From: Candidatus Eiseniibacteriota bacterium
Lineage (GTDB): Bacteria; Joyebacterota; Joyebacteria; Joyebacterales; Joyebacteraceae
NCBI GenBank assembly: GCA_043819135.1
Contig: JBDRFG010000112.1
Coordinates: 1 to 42,873, forward strand
Reading direction: 5' to 3'
Length of the DNA: 42,873 nt
Program-made: the position numbers and the translations under genes
Shown: piece by piece, positions 21,211-30,801 of the stretch
How positions within the stretch are numbered: position 1 is the first letter of the stretch
How the letters are laid out: every line of letters starts with the position of its first letter
Notes under the pieces: model-generated
What the model saw: the letters and a program-made list of their open reading frames with translations, nothing else
Database searches by the model: none
What the model was told of the DNA's origin: nothing

Positions 21211-21523
21211 GTCGGACGGGAGGGCGGAAGTGGCCGTCGAGAGAAGCGACGTCGAGCGCGTCGCGACGCTGGCCAGGCTTGCGTTCACGGATCTTGAGCT
21301 GGACTCGTTCACGGCCGAGATGAACGGGATCCTCGCTCTCTTCGAGGAGCTTGGCGACGTTGACACGGACGGCGTCGAGCCGGCCTTCCGCGTTCTCCGC
21401 CGGAGGAACGTCTTCCGCGGCGACGACCCGGGAGAGATGCTCCTGCCGGACGAGGCTCTCGCCAACGCCCCGGACGTTCACGAGGGCTCGTTCCGCGTCC
21501 CGGCCGTGCTTCCGAACGACTAG
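21209..21523 (+). CDS. gatC: Asp/Glu-tRNA amidotransferase subunit C
   Basis: V..VA.LARL, L..VDT.GVEP, R.D, L.NAP, F.VP; ATG after GGAGG; precedes gatA. Confidence 0.92.
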   Translation: MSDGRAEVAVERSDVERVATLARLAFTDLELDSFTAEMNGILALFEELGDVDTDGVEPAFRVLRRRNVFRGDDPGEMLLPDEALANAPDVHEGSFRVPAVLPND

Positions 21524-21591
21524 CGCCCGTCGCCGGGCGCGTTCATACGAGGCGCCGCTCCGGATGAACGGGGCGCCCACGCGTGGCAGGA

Positions 21592-23055
21592 ATGAAACTC
21601 TACGAACTGACATTCTCCCAGATCCGTGGCGGCCTGACCGCCGGCAGCTTCTCGTCACGGGAGCTGGCCGAGTCGGTGCTCGACAGGATCGAGCAGGTTG
21701 AGCCCGCGGTGTCCGCTTTCGTCACGGTACGCGACCGCGAGGACGTTCTTGCCGAGGCTCGGGAGGCGGACGCGAAGCGCGCGGGCGGAGGCAGTCCAGG
21801 AGCTCTGTGCGGCGTTCCCGTCGCCGTCAAAGACAACATCTCCACCAGGGATCTCACGACGACCTGCGGCTCCCGGATGCTCGGGAGCTACGTGCCTCCC
21901 TATGACGCAACGGCGGTGGTTCGCCTCCGCGCAGCCGGCGCCATTGTCGTCGGGAAGACAAACATGGACGAGTTCGCGATGGGCTCGTCGAACGAGAACT
22001 CGGCGTTTGCCCCGACGCGCAACCCGTGGGACACGGAGCGCGTGCCCGGCGGGTCGAGCGGCGGCTCCGCCGCGGCGGTCGCGGCAGGAGAAGTGCCCCT
22101 GGCCCTGGGCTCCGACACGGGCGGGTCGGTGCGGCAGCCGGCGTCCTTCTGTGGTGTCGTCGGCGTCAAGCCGACCTACGGTCGCGTCTCCAGGTACGGG
22201 CTCGTCGCGTTCGCGTCCTCTCTGGATCAGATCGGGACCATGTCGAGAGACGTCGCCGGTGCCGCGGCGCTCCTCGCAGCCGTAGCCGGTGAGGACCCGC
22301 GCGACTCGACCACCGCCGACGAGCCGGTGCCGGGCTTCCTCGAAGAGCCTGTGGACGACCTCGCCGGCGTGACCATCGGGGTTCCCGACGAGTACTTCGG
22401 CGACGGTCTGGACGCCGGCGTGGGAGAGAGGGTGCGGGACGCGATCGAGGTCATGCGGGCACTCGGCGCATCGGTCAGGTCGGTCTCGATCCCGCATCTC
22501 AGGTTCGGTATCGCTGCCTACTACCTCGTCGCGGACGCCGAGGCGTCGTCGAATCTCGCGAGGTACGACGGGATCAAGTACGGTCACCGGTCGGCCGCCG
22601 CCGCCGACATCGAGAGCCTCTATCGGATGAGCAGGAGCGAGGGGTTCGGTGCGGAGGTCAAGAGGCGGATCATGCTCGGGACCTACGCGCTCTCCGAGGG
22701 GTACTACGACCAGTACTACCTGAAGGCGCAGAAGGTCCGCACTCTCCTGGCGCGCGACTTCGAGAGGGCCTTCGAGTCGGTGGACGCCGTCGTCTCGCCG
22801 ACGTCGCCGACGACGGCGTTCTCGGTCGGAGAGCGTGCCGATGACCCCGTGAGCATGTACCTGTCGGATGTCTACACCGTTCCCGTCAACCTCGCCGGCA
22901 TCGCGGCGCTCTCCGTGCCGTGTGGGCTTTGCACGTCGGGTCTTCCCGTCGGCCTCCAGATTATGGTCGGCAAGTTCCGTGAGTCCGTCATGTTCCGCGC
23001 GGCGCGGGCGTACGAGCGCGCCGCCGGCGTGTCTCTCAGTCCGCCCGAGCTGTAG
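21592..23055 (+). CDS. gatA: Asp/Glu-tRNA amidotransferase subunit A
   Basis: AVKDNI, GKTNMDEFAMGSS, PGGSSGGSAAAV, GSDTGGSVRQPA, SNLARYDG, GFG.EVKRRIMLG. Confidence 0.97.
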   Translation: MKLYELTFSQIRGGLTAGSFSSRELAESVLDRIEQVEPAVSAFVTVRDREDVLAEAREADAKRAGGGSPGALCGVPVAVKDNISTRDLTTTCGSRMLGSYVPPYDATAVVRLRAAGAIVVGKTNMDEFAMGSSNENSAFAPTRNPWDTERVPGGSSGGSAAAVAAGEVPLALGSDTGGSVRQPASFCGVVGVKPTYGRVSRYGLVAFASSLDQIGTMSRDVAGAAALLAAVAGEDPRDSTTADEPVPGFLEEPVDDLAGVTIGVPDEYFGDGLDAGVGERVRDAIEVMRALGASVRSVSIPHLRFGIAAYYLVADAEASSNLARYDGIKYGHRSAAAADIESLYRMSRSEGFGAEVKRRIMLGTYALSEGYYDQYYLKAQKVRTLLARDFERAFESVDAVVSPTSPTTAFSVGERADDPVSMYLSDVYTVPVNLAGIAALSVPCGLCTSGLPVGLQIMVGKFRESVMFRAARAYERAAGVSLSPPEL

Positions 23056-23064
23056 GAGGTCCCG

Positions 23065-24591
23065 CTGGAGTTCGAACCCGTCATAGGCTTCGAGGTGCAC
23101 GCGCAGCTCGCGACGCGCACGAAGATCTTCTGCGGATGCCTGAACGAAACGGGCGGAGCGCCGAACTCGCGCACGTGCCCCGTCTGTCTTGGCATGCCGG
23201 GAGCGCTGCCCGTGCTCAACGGGGCCGTCGTGGACGCCGCGATGGCGGTCGCGCTCGCGCTTGGCGCGTCCGTCACGGCGCGCGCGGGCTTCGCCCGCAA
23301 GAACTACTTCTACCCCGACCTGCCCAAGGGCTATCAGATCACTCAGCACTCAGAGCCTCTGGCCACTGGCGGGTATCTTGACGTGGAGGTCGGGGGGCAG
23401 GTCCGGCGCGTGGGCATACGACAGATCCACATCGAGGAGGATGCCGGCAAGAGCGTCCACTGTGAACACGACGCGGCCGGCGGCAGCCTGATAGACATGA
23501 ATCGCTGCGGCGTGCCGCTGGTCGAGATCGTGACGCGCCCGGACATAGGGAGCGTTGATACGGCCGACGCGTTTCTGGTTGAGCTCCGGAGAATCCTGAT
23601 CTACCTGGGCGTCACGACGGGCGAGATGCACGAGGGGAGCCTGCGCTTCGACACCAACGTTTCCGTCCGGACGAAGGGCGCGACGGAGCTCGGTACGCAG
23701 ACCGAGATCAAGAACCTCAATTCCTTCAGGGCCGTCCGAGGGGCGCTCCATTACGAGATCGCCAGGCAGTGCCACGTGATGCGGGACGGGGGAGAGGTCG
23801 CGCACGAGACGCTTCTCTGGGACGACGCGGGCAGGCGTGCCGTTCCCATGCGGTCGAAGGAAGGCCTGTCTGACTACAGATACTTCCCCGAGCCGGACCT
23901 GGTCGATTTCGAGGTAGACGAGCCTCGCCTTGAGCGCGTGAGGGAGTCGATGCCGGAGCTGCCCCGCGCGTCGCGTCGGCGCCTGGTCGAGGACTACGCC
24001 ATCCCGGAGTATGACGCGTCAGTTCTCACGGCGGAGCCCGCGACTCTCAACTTCTACGAGCGCACCGTGCGCGCCGTGACCTCGAGCCTGGGATCCGACG
24101 CGCCCCCGACCGTTGCCAAGAGCGTGAGCAATTGGGTGATGGTGATTCTCGGGGGCTACCTCAACGCGCGCGGCATCACTCTCGCGGAGCTGGCGGGGCG
24201 CCAGGCGCCCGGGGGACACGACGACGCGCAAGAGAGCGTGGGCGCCCTGGCCGGGCGCGTTGCGGACGTGATCACGTCGCGCCTGCGCGGCGAGGTCAGC
24301 GAGCCGGCTGCCCGTCGGCTGTTCGAGGCCGCGATGGAGTCGAGTGGTCCCGTCGGCGAACTCATCGAAACGCTGGGTCTCAAGTCCGCTTGCGACGACG
24401 AGGCCGTCAGGTCACTGGTCCGGGATGTGCTCGCCGCGCACCCGGACGAGGTCGCGCGCTATCACGCAGGGACGACGAAGCTCAAACGGTTCTTCGTCGG
24501 ATGGGTACTCGGGCGAACGGGCGGCAGTGCCGATCCTGAACTCGTGGCCCGCGTTCTGCTGGAGGAACTTGGTCCGGGGGGGACGACTTGA
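23065..24591 (+). CDS. gatB: Asp/Glu-tRNA amidotransferase subunit B
   Basis: EFEPVIGFEVHAQL, CPVCLGMPG.LP, RKNYFYPDLPKGYQITQ, EEDAGK, EIKNLNSF, DYRYFPEPDL. The conserved N-terminus requires a start upstream of 23095; CTG 23065 after AGGAGGT is the only candidate. Confidence 0.93.
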   Translation: MEFEPVIGFEVHAQLATRTKIFCGCLNETGGAPNSRTCPVCLGMPGALPVLNGAVVDAAMAVALALGASVTARAGFARKNYFYPDLPKGYQITQHSEPLATGGYLDVEVGGQVRRVGIRQIHIEEDAGKSVHCEHDAAGGSLIDMNRCGVPLVEIVTRPDIGSVDTADAFLVELRRILIYLGVTTGEMHEGSLRFDTNVSVRTKGATELGTQTEIKNLNSFRAVRGALHYEIARQCHVMRDGGEVAHETLLWDDAGRRAVPMRSKEGLSDYRYFPEPDLVDFEVDEPRLERVRESMPELPRASRRRLVEDYAIPEYDASVLTAEPATLNFYERTVRAVTSSLGSDAPPTVAKSVSNWVMVILGGYLNARGITLAELAGRQAPGGHDDAQESVGALAGRVADVITSRLRGEVSEPAARRLFEAAMESSGPVGELIETLGLKSACDDEAVRSLVRDVLAAHPDEVARYHAGTTKLKRFFVGWVLGRTGGSADPELVARVLLEELGPGGTT

Positions 24592-25985
24592 GGCACACCG
24601 TGACACGCTCGCAAGACGAAGCACGAAGACGCGCATCCCGAGACGCGCTGTTCCCGACGCCTCTCTCTCGCCGCCGACCACCGACCGTGGCCGGGCTCGC
24701 GGCGGCCGCCGCGGCGTTTCTTCTCTGTTGCGCGTTTCTGGTCGGCTGTGGGCAGAGCGAAAGCTCCGGCGGGGGTGCCACGGGCAGCGTCGGCACTGAG
24801 GAATGGGAGCAGCCGGGCGGGCGTTGGCATCCGGCGCTCGATGGCGGGCTGACGGACGAACAGACTGCGGAAGTGGAGAGGTTGAGATCGCTCGGATACC
24901 TCGCTGGCTCGACGGAGACCCCGGACGTCTGGGGCATCACCGTGCACGACGAGGCGAAGACCTGGGACGGCCTCAACTTCTACACGTCCGGGCACACGGC
25001 GGGCGCGGTCCTGATGGACATGCACGGCAACGTGCTCCACGAGTGGAACCACAGCTTCATGGACGCGTGGCGCGCGGGGCCCGGCGGAGAGCTTCCGAAG
25101 TCCAGCAAGGGCTCGGGGTTCTGGCGTCGCGCCCACCTGTTCGCGAACGGCGACGTACTGGCCATCTTCGACGGCCACGCGATGATCAAGGTGGACAAGG
25201 ACTCCAGGCTCATCTGGGCCCGGTTCGGCGGGTTTCATCACGACCTCGACGTCATGGAGGACGGGCGGATCTACACGCTCGTGCGCGAGCCGCGGATCGT
25301 GCCGCACATCAATGCCGATCTCCCGATACTAGAGGAGTTCGTCGTCGTGCTGGACGCAAACGGGAACGAACTCGAGCGCGTCTCGCAACTCGAGGCGATC
25401 GAGAGGGCGGGACGATACGACCTTCTGGAGGGCATGGAGCGGTCGGGCGACATCTTCCACACGAACACCATCGAGGTCCTGGACGGCAGATTGGCGGATC
25501 GACACCCCGCGTTCAGGGATGGGAACGTCCTCATCTGCATTCGGGAACTCGACAACATTGCCGTCCTCGACATGGAGAGAAAGGTCGTCGTCTGGGGTCT
25601 GGAGGGGCCGTGGCTCAAGCAGCACCAGTCGACGGTTCTCGACAACGGGCACATGCTCATCTTCGACAACGGGGGCAGCAGGGGCGCGTCGAGGGTGATG
25701 GAGTTCGATCCCCTGACGCTGGAGATCCTGTGGGTCTACAAGGGTGATGCCGACAACACGTTCTACTCGCCGCAGTGCGGCTCCAACCAGCGGTTGCCGA
25801 ACGGCAGCACGCTGATAAGCGAGACCGACCGCGGGCGCGCAATCGAGGTGACGCCCGAGCATGAGATAGTGTGGGAGTACATCAATCCCGCTCAGGCCGG
25901 TGGCGAGGCCGAGTTCATCGCCTCGATCTTCGAGGTGATCAGGATCCCGACCGAGTACGTCACAGAGTGGCTCAGTCTCCCATGA
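24588..25985 (+). CDS. Arylsulfotransferase (ASST)-family beta-propeller lipoprotein
   Basis: Lipobox FLVG-C; LRSLGYL; FHHD, FHTNTI, QH, LIFDN, QRLPNG.TLI.E, IVWEY motifs typical of the ASST family. Confidence 0.72.
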   Translation: MRHTVTRSQDEARRRASRDALFPTPLSRRRPPTVAGLAAAAAAFLLCCAFLVGCGQSESSGGGATGSVGTEEWEQPGGRWHPALDGGLTDEQTAEVERLRSLGYLAGSTETPDVWGITVHDEAKTWDGLNFYTSGHTAGAVLMDMHGNVLHEWNHSFMDAWRAGPGGELPKSSKGSGFWRRAHLFANGDVLAIFDGHAMIKVDKDSRLIWARFGGFHHDLDVMEDGRIYTLVREPRIVPHINADLPILEEFVVVLDANGNELERVSQLEAIERAGRYDLLEGMERSGDIFHTNTIEVLDGRLADRHPAFRDGNVLICIRELDNIAVLDMERKVVVWGLEGPWLKQHQSTVLDNGHMLIFDNGGSRGASRVMEFDPLTLEILWVYKGDADNTFYSPQCGSNQRLPNGSTLISETDRGRAIEVTPEHEIVWEYINPAQAGGEAEFIASIFEVIRIPTEYVTEWLSLP

Positions 25986-26018
25986 CGCCCTTCACCGGGC
26001 CGCGCCCGGCCCCGTTTA

Positions 26019-26047
26019 TTGACTACCGCATGATGCTGTGGTATAAT
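26019..26047 (+). promoter_or_regulatory. Strong sigma70 promoter with extended -10
   Basis: TTGACT (26019-26024), 17 bp, TATAAT (26042-26047) preceded by TGn. Confidence 0.82.
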
Positions 26048-26139
26048 GTATCTGGCTGACCCGCCGCGGCCGGTCGTTGTTGAGTTGCGTCGGATAATCG
26101 GATTGCCGGCAGAAACGTCCTTACCTGGGAGGGACCGAC

Positions 26140-29100
26140 ATGTCGCAGACAATGTGGAAGGAGTCGCGTCGCATGGCGGTCGCTGCTGTTGCGACGTTGT
26201 GCCTGGTCGTCATCGGTGGGGCGAGTGTCTCGCGGGCTGCGCTGCCGGGCATCGAGGCCGACGGCGACCTCAGGGACTACGAGGCGGTCAACTGCAAGGC
26301 CATCGACGCCGTCTACGACGACGCGGACCCGGTCGGACACGCCGGCGACATCATGGCCTTCTACGCCGATCAGGGCGAGGACAGGCTGGTCTTCCGGGTC
26401 GGCATGTTCATGATGGAGATGATCGACGGCAGCGGCGACTGCTTCCGACGAGAGGGAACGCGCATCTACGTCCTCGTGGACTACGAGGACGGAGGGACCA
26501 TGACGATGCCCGATGGCGTCGCGCGCCGCGTGCCCATCATGTGGGACACCTGCGTGCGGCTGGGGTACGGGGAGAGGGGGGCGTTCGAGGAGACGGCATT
26601 CGGCGCCGATCTTCGCGAGGTTCCGGAAGGACTCGTCCGCGCGTCGGCCGTCGTGCCGGAACTCCACACACTCGAGGGGTCGATCGAGCTGCCGGACGGA
26701 TTCCGGGCCGCGGCCGCCAGAGCGGCCGGCGTCCGTGAGGCGGACTACGGACTCGTAGCAGGCGCCGTTGCGTCGGGCGAGGCGACGCCCGTCCGCTACC
26801 ACGTCGTCGCCGTCGTCGACGGCGAGGTCGTCGATGAGCTGTCCGCCACCAACGAGCCGAGGCGCGGCGACCACAACGTGGCCTTCGCACAGCACGGCAA
26901 CCAGGGCCTGACCTACACCACGGTCTTCTGGGGCGAGAAGGGTGAGAACGCGTCGTACGCCGGCGATCCGGCCAACCCGGACGACGGGTTCGACGAGCTC
27001 CTGGACGCGCACGACTACTACGACCTTCCGGGCAACTTCCACATGGCGGGGACGCTCATCACGGGCGCCGAGTGGCACGACCCGGCCTTCAACGACTCGC
27101 TCGTGAACGGCGTGGGCGAGGGCTGGGTGCAGATGCTGACGTCCGCCTACGCCCAGCACATCATGCCGTTCGTCTACGACGACATGAACAGCTGGTCCGT
27201 CTACACCCACCGCCAGCTGACCAACCACTACTACGGCCAGTGGCCGACGGTCGCCTGGGTGCCCGAGCGCGTGTGGCTCGAGAACCCCGACTCGGACGAC
27301 AACGGCATCGACGCCTCCTGCTGCGTCATCGACAACACGCTCAAGGACGACTTCTACGACAACGACGTCGACGCCGTCATTCTCGACGACTACGTGCACT
27401 GCGCGGACATGAACGGCGCGTTCGACGACCACCACGTCTACGTGCTCGACAACGGGCTCAAGGTACTTCCGATGGACAACGACTTCAACGGCCAGATGGG
27501 CTACGACGCCGGCGCCGCCATGGCCACCATATGGGGCGGAACGTCGGACGAGATAATCCTCTACGGGAACGACTGGGAGGTTGCGGCCGAGGTCGCGGGC
27601 TTCGACATCTCCCACCCGAGCGCGCTCAACAACTACATCTACGTGCTCCAGCAGTGCAGCACCTACTCGGACCAGATCAGCGTCTGGAAGCTCGACGACG
27701 TCATCACGAGCTTCCCGACGACCGCCATCACGCTCCAGAACGGGACCTACGGGCTGCTCGGTGAGTGGTACGGCTACGGGGGCGGCTGCAACGACTGGTA
27801 CTGCAACTGGGCCAGCTACGTGGGAGAGGAGAACCTCGACGGCCACGACCCCAAGTGGGGCTATCAGGGCGCTTGGCAGTTCGCGCACGACAAGGTCGTC
27901 GCCGGGCCCAGCAACGACCTCTCGGAGTCCGCGTGGTACGTGATGATGTCCATGCTGCACGAGACGGGCTGGCACGACGCCGGCGAGATCGCCGGGTGGG
28001 AGCACCGCTATTCCAATCACATCAAGAACGCCAACCCCTACTCGGAGGCCGCACTCTGGGCGGAGGGTCTCGGCACCTACGCCTCAAACCTCACCGGCTG
28101 CTCGCTGTGGGACATCGACGAGGACGGGCGCGACGAGGCGGTCATCTGGAACGACCGCGTGATGGCCGTGTTCGAGACTATCGGCGGCAAGGCCAACTGG
28201 ATCTTCGCCAAGGGTTCGGGCTACGGCTACTCCGTCGTCGGCAACGACAACGTCTACTGGGCCGGTACCTCCGGCGACTGGAACGAGACCAATCACACCG
28301 CGGCGCTTTCCGACGTCAGTGTCGGGGGCATCGACAGGGAGCACGACGACTACGCCTTCGAGGTGGTATCGGCGTCGGGGAGCCAGGTCGAGCTCAAACT
28401 GACCCACGGCGGCGGCGCGGTCGAGAAGCGCGTGAGGCTGTCGACCGGCGATCCGTATCTGGACGTCATCTATGACGTGGGAGGCGAAACGGCCTACATC
28501 AAGAGCGGCTGGACGCCCGACCTCGTCGATCTCATCTGGGACCCCGAGCTCTACCGAGTCTGGGACCCGGGCGCCGGCAGCTACTGCGGGCAGCGCAACA
28601 CCTCCAGCGGCGCCACAGCCGCGCTCGTTCTGGGCGCCGGCGGGGCCGGCCACAACGTCAGTCAGACCGCGACTCTGCTCGAGATCGACGAGATAGTGGG
28701 CACGGGGCAGTTCGAGTTCTACGTCTACGCCGGGTACGCCAGCGCGCCGGTCGCCGACGAGATCGCCGAGCTCGAGGCGCTGTCCGCCGGCCTGACCGAT
28801 GTGCTCGATCCTCGTCCGGTCGTCGCGAACTACTACCCGAGCGCCGACCGCCTGGACATCGCGTTCAACGAGATCGTGCAGTACGACACGATCGTGAAGA
28901 CCGGGATCGCCATAGACGAAGACGACGACGGCGTGGCCGAAGTGACTCTGACCACCGGCGCCACCGTAATGACCACCGGGGACGCGGCGGTCATCCAGAT
29001 CCAGGTTGCGTCCGCCACGGCGGCGGCCATCGAGGCGCTCAATCCCGGGACGCTCGAGCTTCTGCTCGCAGTCGATTCGTTCTTCGATGTTGCCGGGAAC

Positions 29101-30150
29101 GGGAACGAGGCGGTGGACAACACGGACGACGTCCGCGTCATCTACGGGGCGGACACTAAGATAACGATCGACGGCCTGATCGACCTCGACGAGTGGGCGC
29201 CCTACACGCTCGTGGTGGACGACCCTGACGACGATTCCGGGTGGCACCCGCCCGAGGACCCGGACATGAACGAGTTCTTCGGGCTCTACGCGGACTGGGA
29301 CGAGGACTTTCTGTATCTGGGAATGAACGGCCAGATACAGGGCAACAGCTGGCTCCTTTACCTCGACACCGACCCGGGCGGGCCGTTGGGCCAGACCGAC
29401 CTCACGGCCATCGACGCGTGGGAGCGGGGCGCGACGTTCACGGCGGCCGGCTTCAAGGCGGATTTCCAGTACGGCTGCTACCAGCACCAGAGCGCGTACG
29501 ATTCCGACAGCTTCTTTTCGATCGACAACGCCACGACGACGACCGCGCTCACAGACTCCGTCATCTCAGCGTTCGATTCGTTCCACCTGAACGGGACGAG
29601 CGGAGGAAGCGAGTTGGCGATACCCTGGAACGCGCTCTACGGATTGGGTGCGGGAGCGGTTCCGCCGAACGCCTCGTTCTCGCTGGTCGCCTCGATCTGT
29701 TGGGACTCGGAGCCGGACGGAGAGCTTGGGGGCGATTCCGTGCCGTCGAACAGCTCGGCCACGTTGCCTGTGCTCGACAGCGTCTACACCATCACCATCG
29801 ACCACGACGGGGACGGTGTGCCCGACGAGGGGGCCACCGGAGTGGAGGATGGAAGCGCCGTCGACGCGCGCGGTCTCCTCAGGCAGAACCACCCCAATCC
29901 GTTCAACCCAACCACTCGGATGTCGTTCGTCGTGGGCGGGGCCGTATCCGCCGACGTGCTACTCGAGATCTTCGACGTCCGCGGTGCGCGCGTTGCGACG
30001 CTGGCGGACGCGCGCCATGAGCCGGGCGAGCACTCGGTCGTCTGGGACGGCGTCGACTCGCGGGGGAGGAGCCTGCCGTCGGGTGTCTACTTCGCCAAGC
30101 TCACCGTCGGTGACGACACCGACGTGACGAAGATGATCATGCTGAAGTAG
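26140..30150 (+). CDS. Secreted GH57-like glycoside hydrolase with DOMON/CBM9-like domains and FlgD-Ig/T9SS-type CTD
   Basis: Signal peptide; GH57-like regions QHGNQ, VQMLTSAYAQHIMP, WVPERVW (putative nucleophile E), YGNDWE (putative acid/base D); C-terminus LRQNHPNPFNP...IFDVRG..V.TL...WDG.D..G..LPSGVYF...KMIMLK. Confidence 0.78.
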   Translation: MSQTMWKESRRMAVAAVATLCLVVIGGASVSRAALPGIEADGDLRDYEAVNCKAIDAVYDDADPVGHAGDIMAFYADQGEDRLVFRVGMFMMEMIDGSGDCFRREGTRIYVLVDYEDGGTMTMPDGVARRVPIMWDTCVRLGYGERGAFEETAFGADLREVPEGLVRASAVVPELHTLEGSIELPDGFRAAAARAAGVREADYGLVAGAVASGEATPVRYHVVAVVDGEVVDELSATNEPRRGDHNVAFAQHGNQGLTYTTVFWGEKGENASYAGDPANPDDGFDELLDAHDYYDLPGNFHMAGTLITGAEWHDPAFNDSLVNGVGEGWVQMLTSAYAQHIMPFVYDDMNSWSVYTHRQLTNHYYGQWPTVAWVPERVWLENPDSDDNGIDASCCVIDNTLKDDFYDNDVDAVILDDYVHCADMNGAFDDHHVYVLDNGLKVLPMDNDFNGQMGYDAGAAMATIWGGTSDEIILYGNDWEVAAEVAGFDISHPSALNNYIYVLQQCSTYSDQISVWKLDDVITSFPTTAITLQNGTYGLLGEWYGYGGGCNDWYCNWASYVGEENLDGHDPKWGYQGAWQFAHDKVVAGPSNDLSESAWYVMMSMLHETGWHDAGEIAGWEHRYSNHIKNANPYSEAALWAEGLGTYASNLTGCSLWDIDEDGRDEAVIWNDRVMAVFETIGGKANWIFAKGSGYGYSVVGNDNVYWAGTSGDWNETNHTAALSDVSVGGIDREHDDYAFEVVSASGSQVELKLTHGGGAVEKRVRLSTGDPYLDVIYDVGGETAYIKSGWTPDLVDLIWDPELYRVWDPGAGSYCGQRNTSSGATAALVLGAGGAGHNVSQTATLLEIDEIVGTGQFEFYVYAGYASAPVADEIAELEALSAGLTDVLDPRPVVANYYPSADRLDIAFNEIVQYDTIVKTGIAIDEDDDGVAEVTLTTGATVMTTGDAAVIQIQVASATAAAIEALNPGTLELLLAVDSFFDVAGNGNEAVDNTDDVRVIYGADTKITIDGLIDLDEWAPYTLVVDDPDDDSGWHPPEDPDMNEFFGLYADWDEDFLYLGMNGQIQGNSWLLYLDTDPGGPLGQTDLTAIDAWERGATFTAAGFKADFQYGCYQHQSAYDSDSFFSIDNATTTTALTDSVISAFDSFHLNGTSGGSELAIPWNALYGLGAGAVPPNASFSLVASICWDSEPDGELGGDSVPSNSSATLPVLDSVYTITIDHDGDGVPDEGATGVEDGSAVDARGLLRQNHPNPFNPTTRMSFVVGGAVSADVLLEIFDVRGARVATLADARHEPGEHSVVWDGVDSRGRSLPSGVYFAKLTVGDDTDVTKMIMLK

Positions 30151-30317
30151 TATCGCCACAATCGAGATTCAGAACAGGCGGACAGGTCGTGTCCGACCGA
30201 TCCGCATGGTTCGATCAAGGCCGCTGCGGGGCCAGCGAGGTGCGCCGTCCGATGCCGGGGCGGCGCGCCGGCGTACGCCCGGGGCGTAGCCCGCGCCCCG
30301 GCCCGGCCGTTCTCCCG

Positions 30318-30346
30318 TTGACGCCCCACACGCACCGCCCTATATT
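30318..30346 (+). promoter_or_regulatory. sigma70-type promoter for the DUF1844 gene cluster
   Basis: TTGACG (30318-30323), 17 bp, TATATT (30341-30346). Confidence 0.65.
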
Positions 30347-30390
30347 GGGGAAGGACAGGCTGGAACGACGGTCTTCCACGGAGGAGCGAC

Positions 30391-30801
30391 ATGGAAAGGG
30401 ACAAGGTCGGGGAAACGACCGGCATCGACGGCTACCTGTTCAGGCTCATAGCCACGTTCGAGGCGGCGGCAATGCAGCAGCTCGGGAAGATAGCGCATCC
30501 CCTCACCGGCGATGTCGAGGAGGACCTTCCCGGCGCCGGCGATTCGATCGAGATGCTCGCGGCGATCCAGCGCAAGACGGACGGCAACCTAAACGACGAC
30601 GAGAAGCGCCTGCTCGACCACGTGCTCTACCAGCTTCGGATGAATTACGTCGACGTGGTCAGGGAGCGGGGGACCGCCGAGCCCGATGAGGGATCCTCCG
30701 ACGGGCCGACGGGAGAGCCGGCGGGCGAACCTGCGGGAGAGCCGGCGGGAGAACCGACGGACGAGCAGGCGACTGGGGCGACTGAGGAGAAGACGGAATG
30801 A
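30391..30801 (+). CDS. DUF1844-family protein with acidic GEPA-repeat tail
   Basis: A...LG...P, A...I.ML..I..KT.GNL...E..LL...LY.LRM.YV pattern; GGAG RBS. Confidence 0.8.
   Translation: MERDKVGETTGIDGYLFRLIATFEAAAMQQLGKIAHPLTGDVEEDLPGAGDSIEMLAAIQRKTDGNLNDDEKRLLDHVLYQLRMNYVDVVRERGTAEPDEGSSDGPTGEPAGEPAGEPAGEPTDEQATGATEEKTE
30712..30759 (+). repeat. 12-bp coding tandem repeat (GEPA/GEPT x4)
   Basis: ggagagccggcg ggcgaacctgcg ggagagccggcg ggagaaccgacg. Confidence 0.8.

Noticed and set aside
21535..21578. Imperfect hairpin between gatC and gatA
   Set aside because: GC-rich inverted repeats are common here; no U-tract or T-box features.
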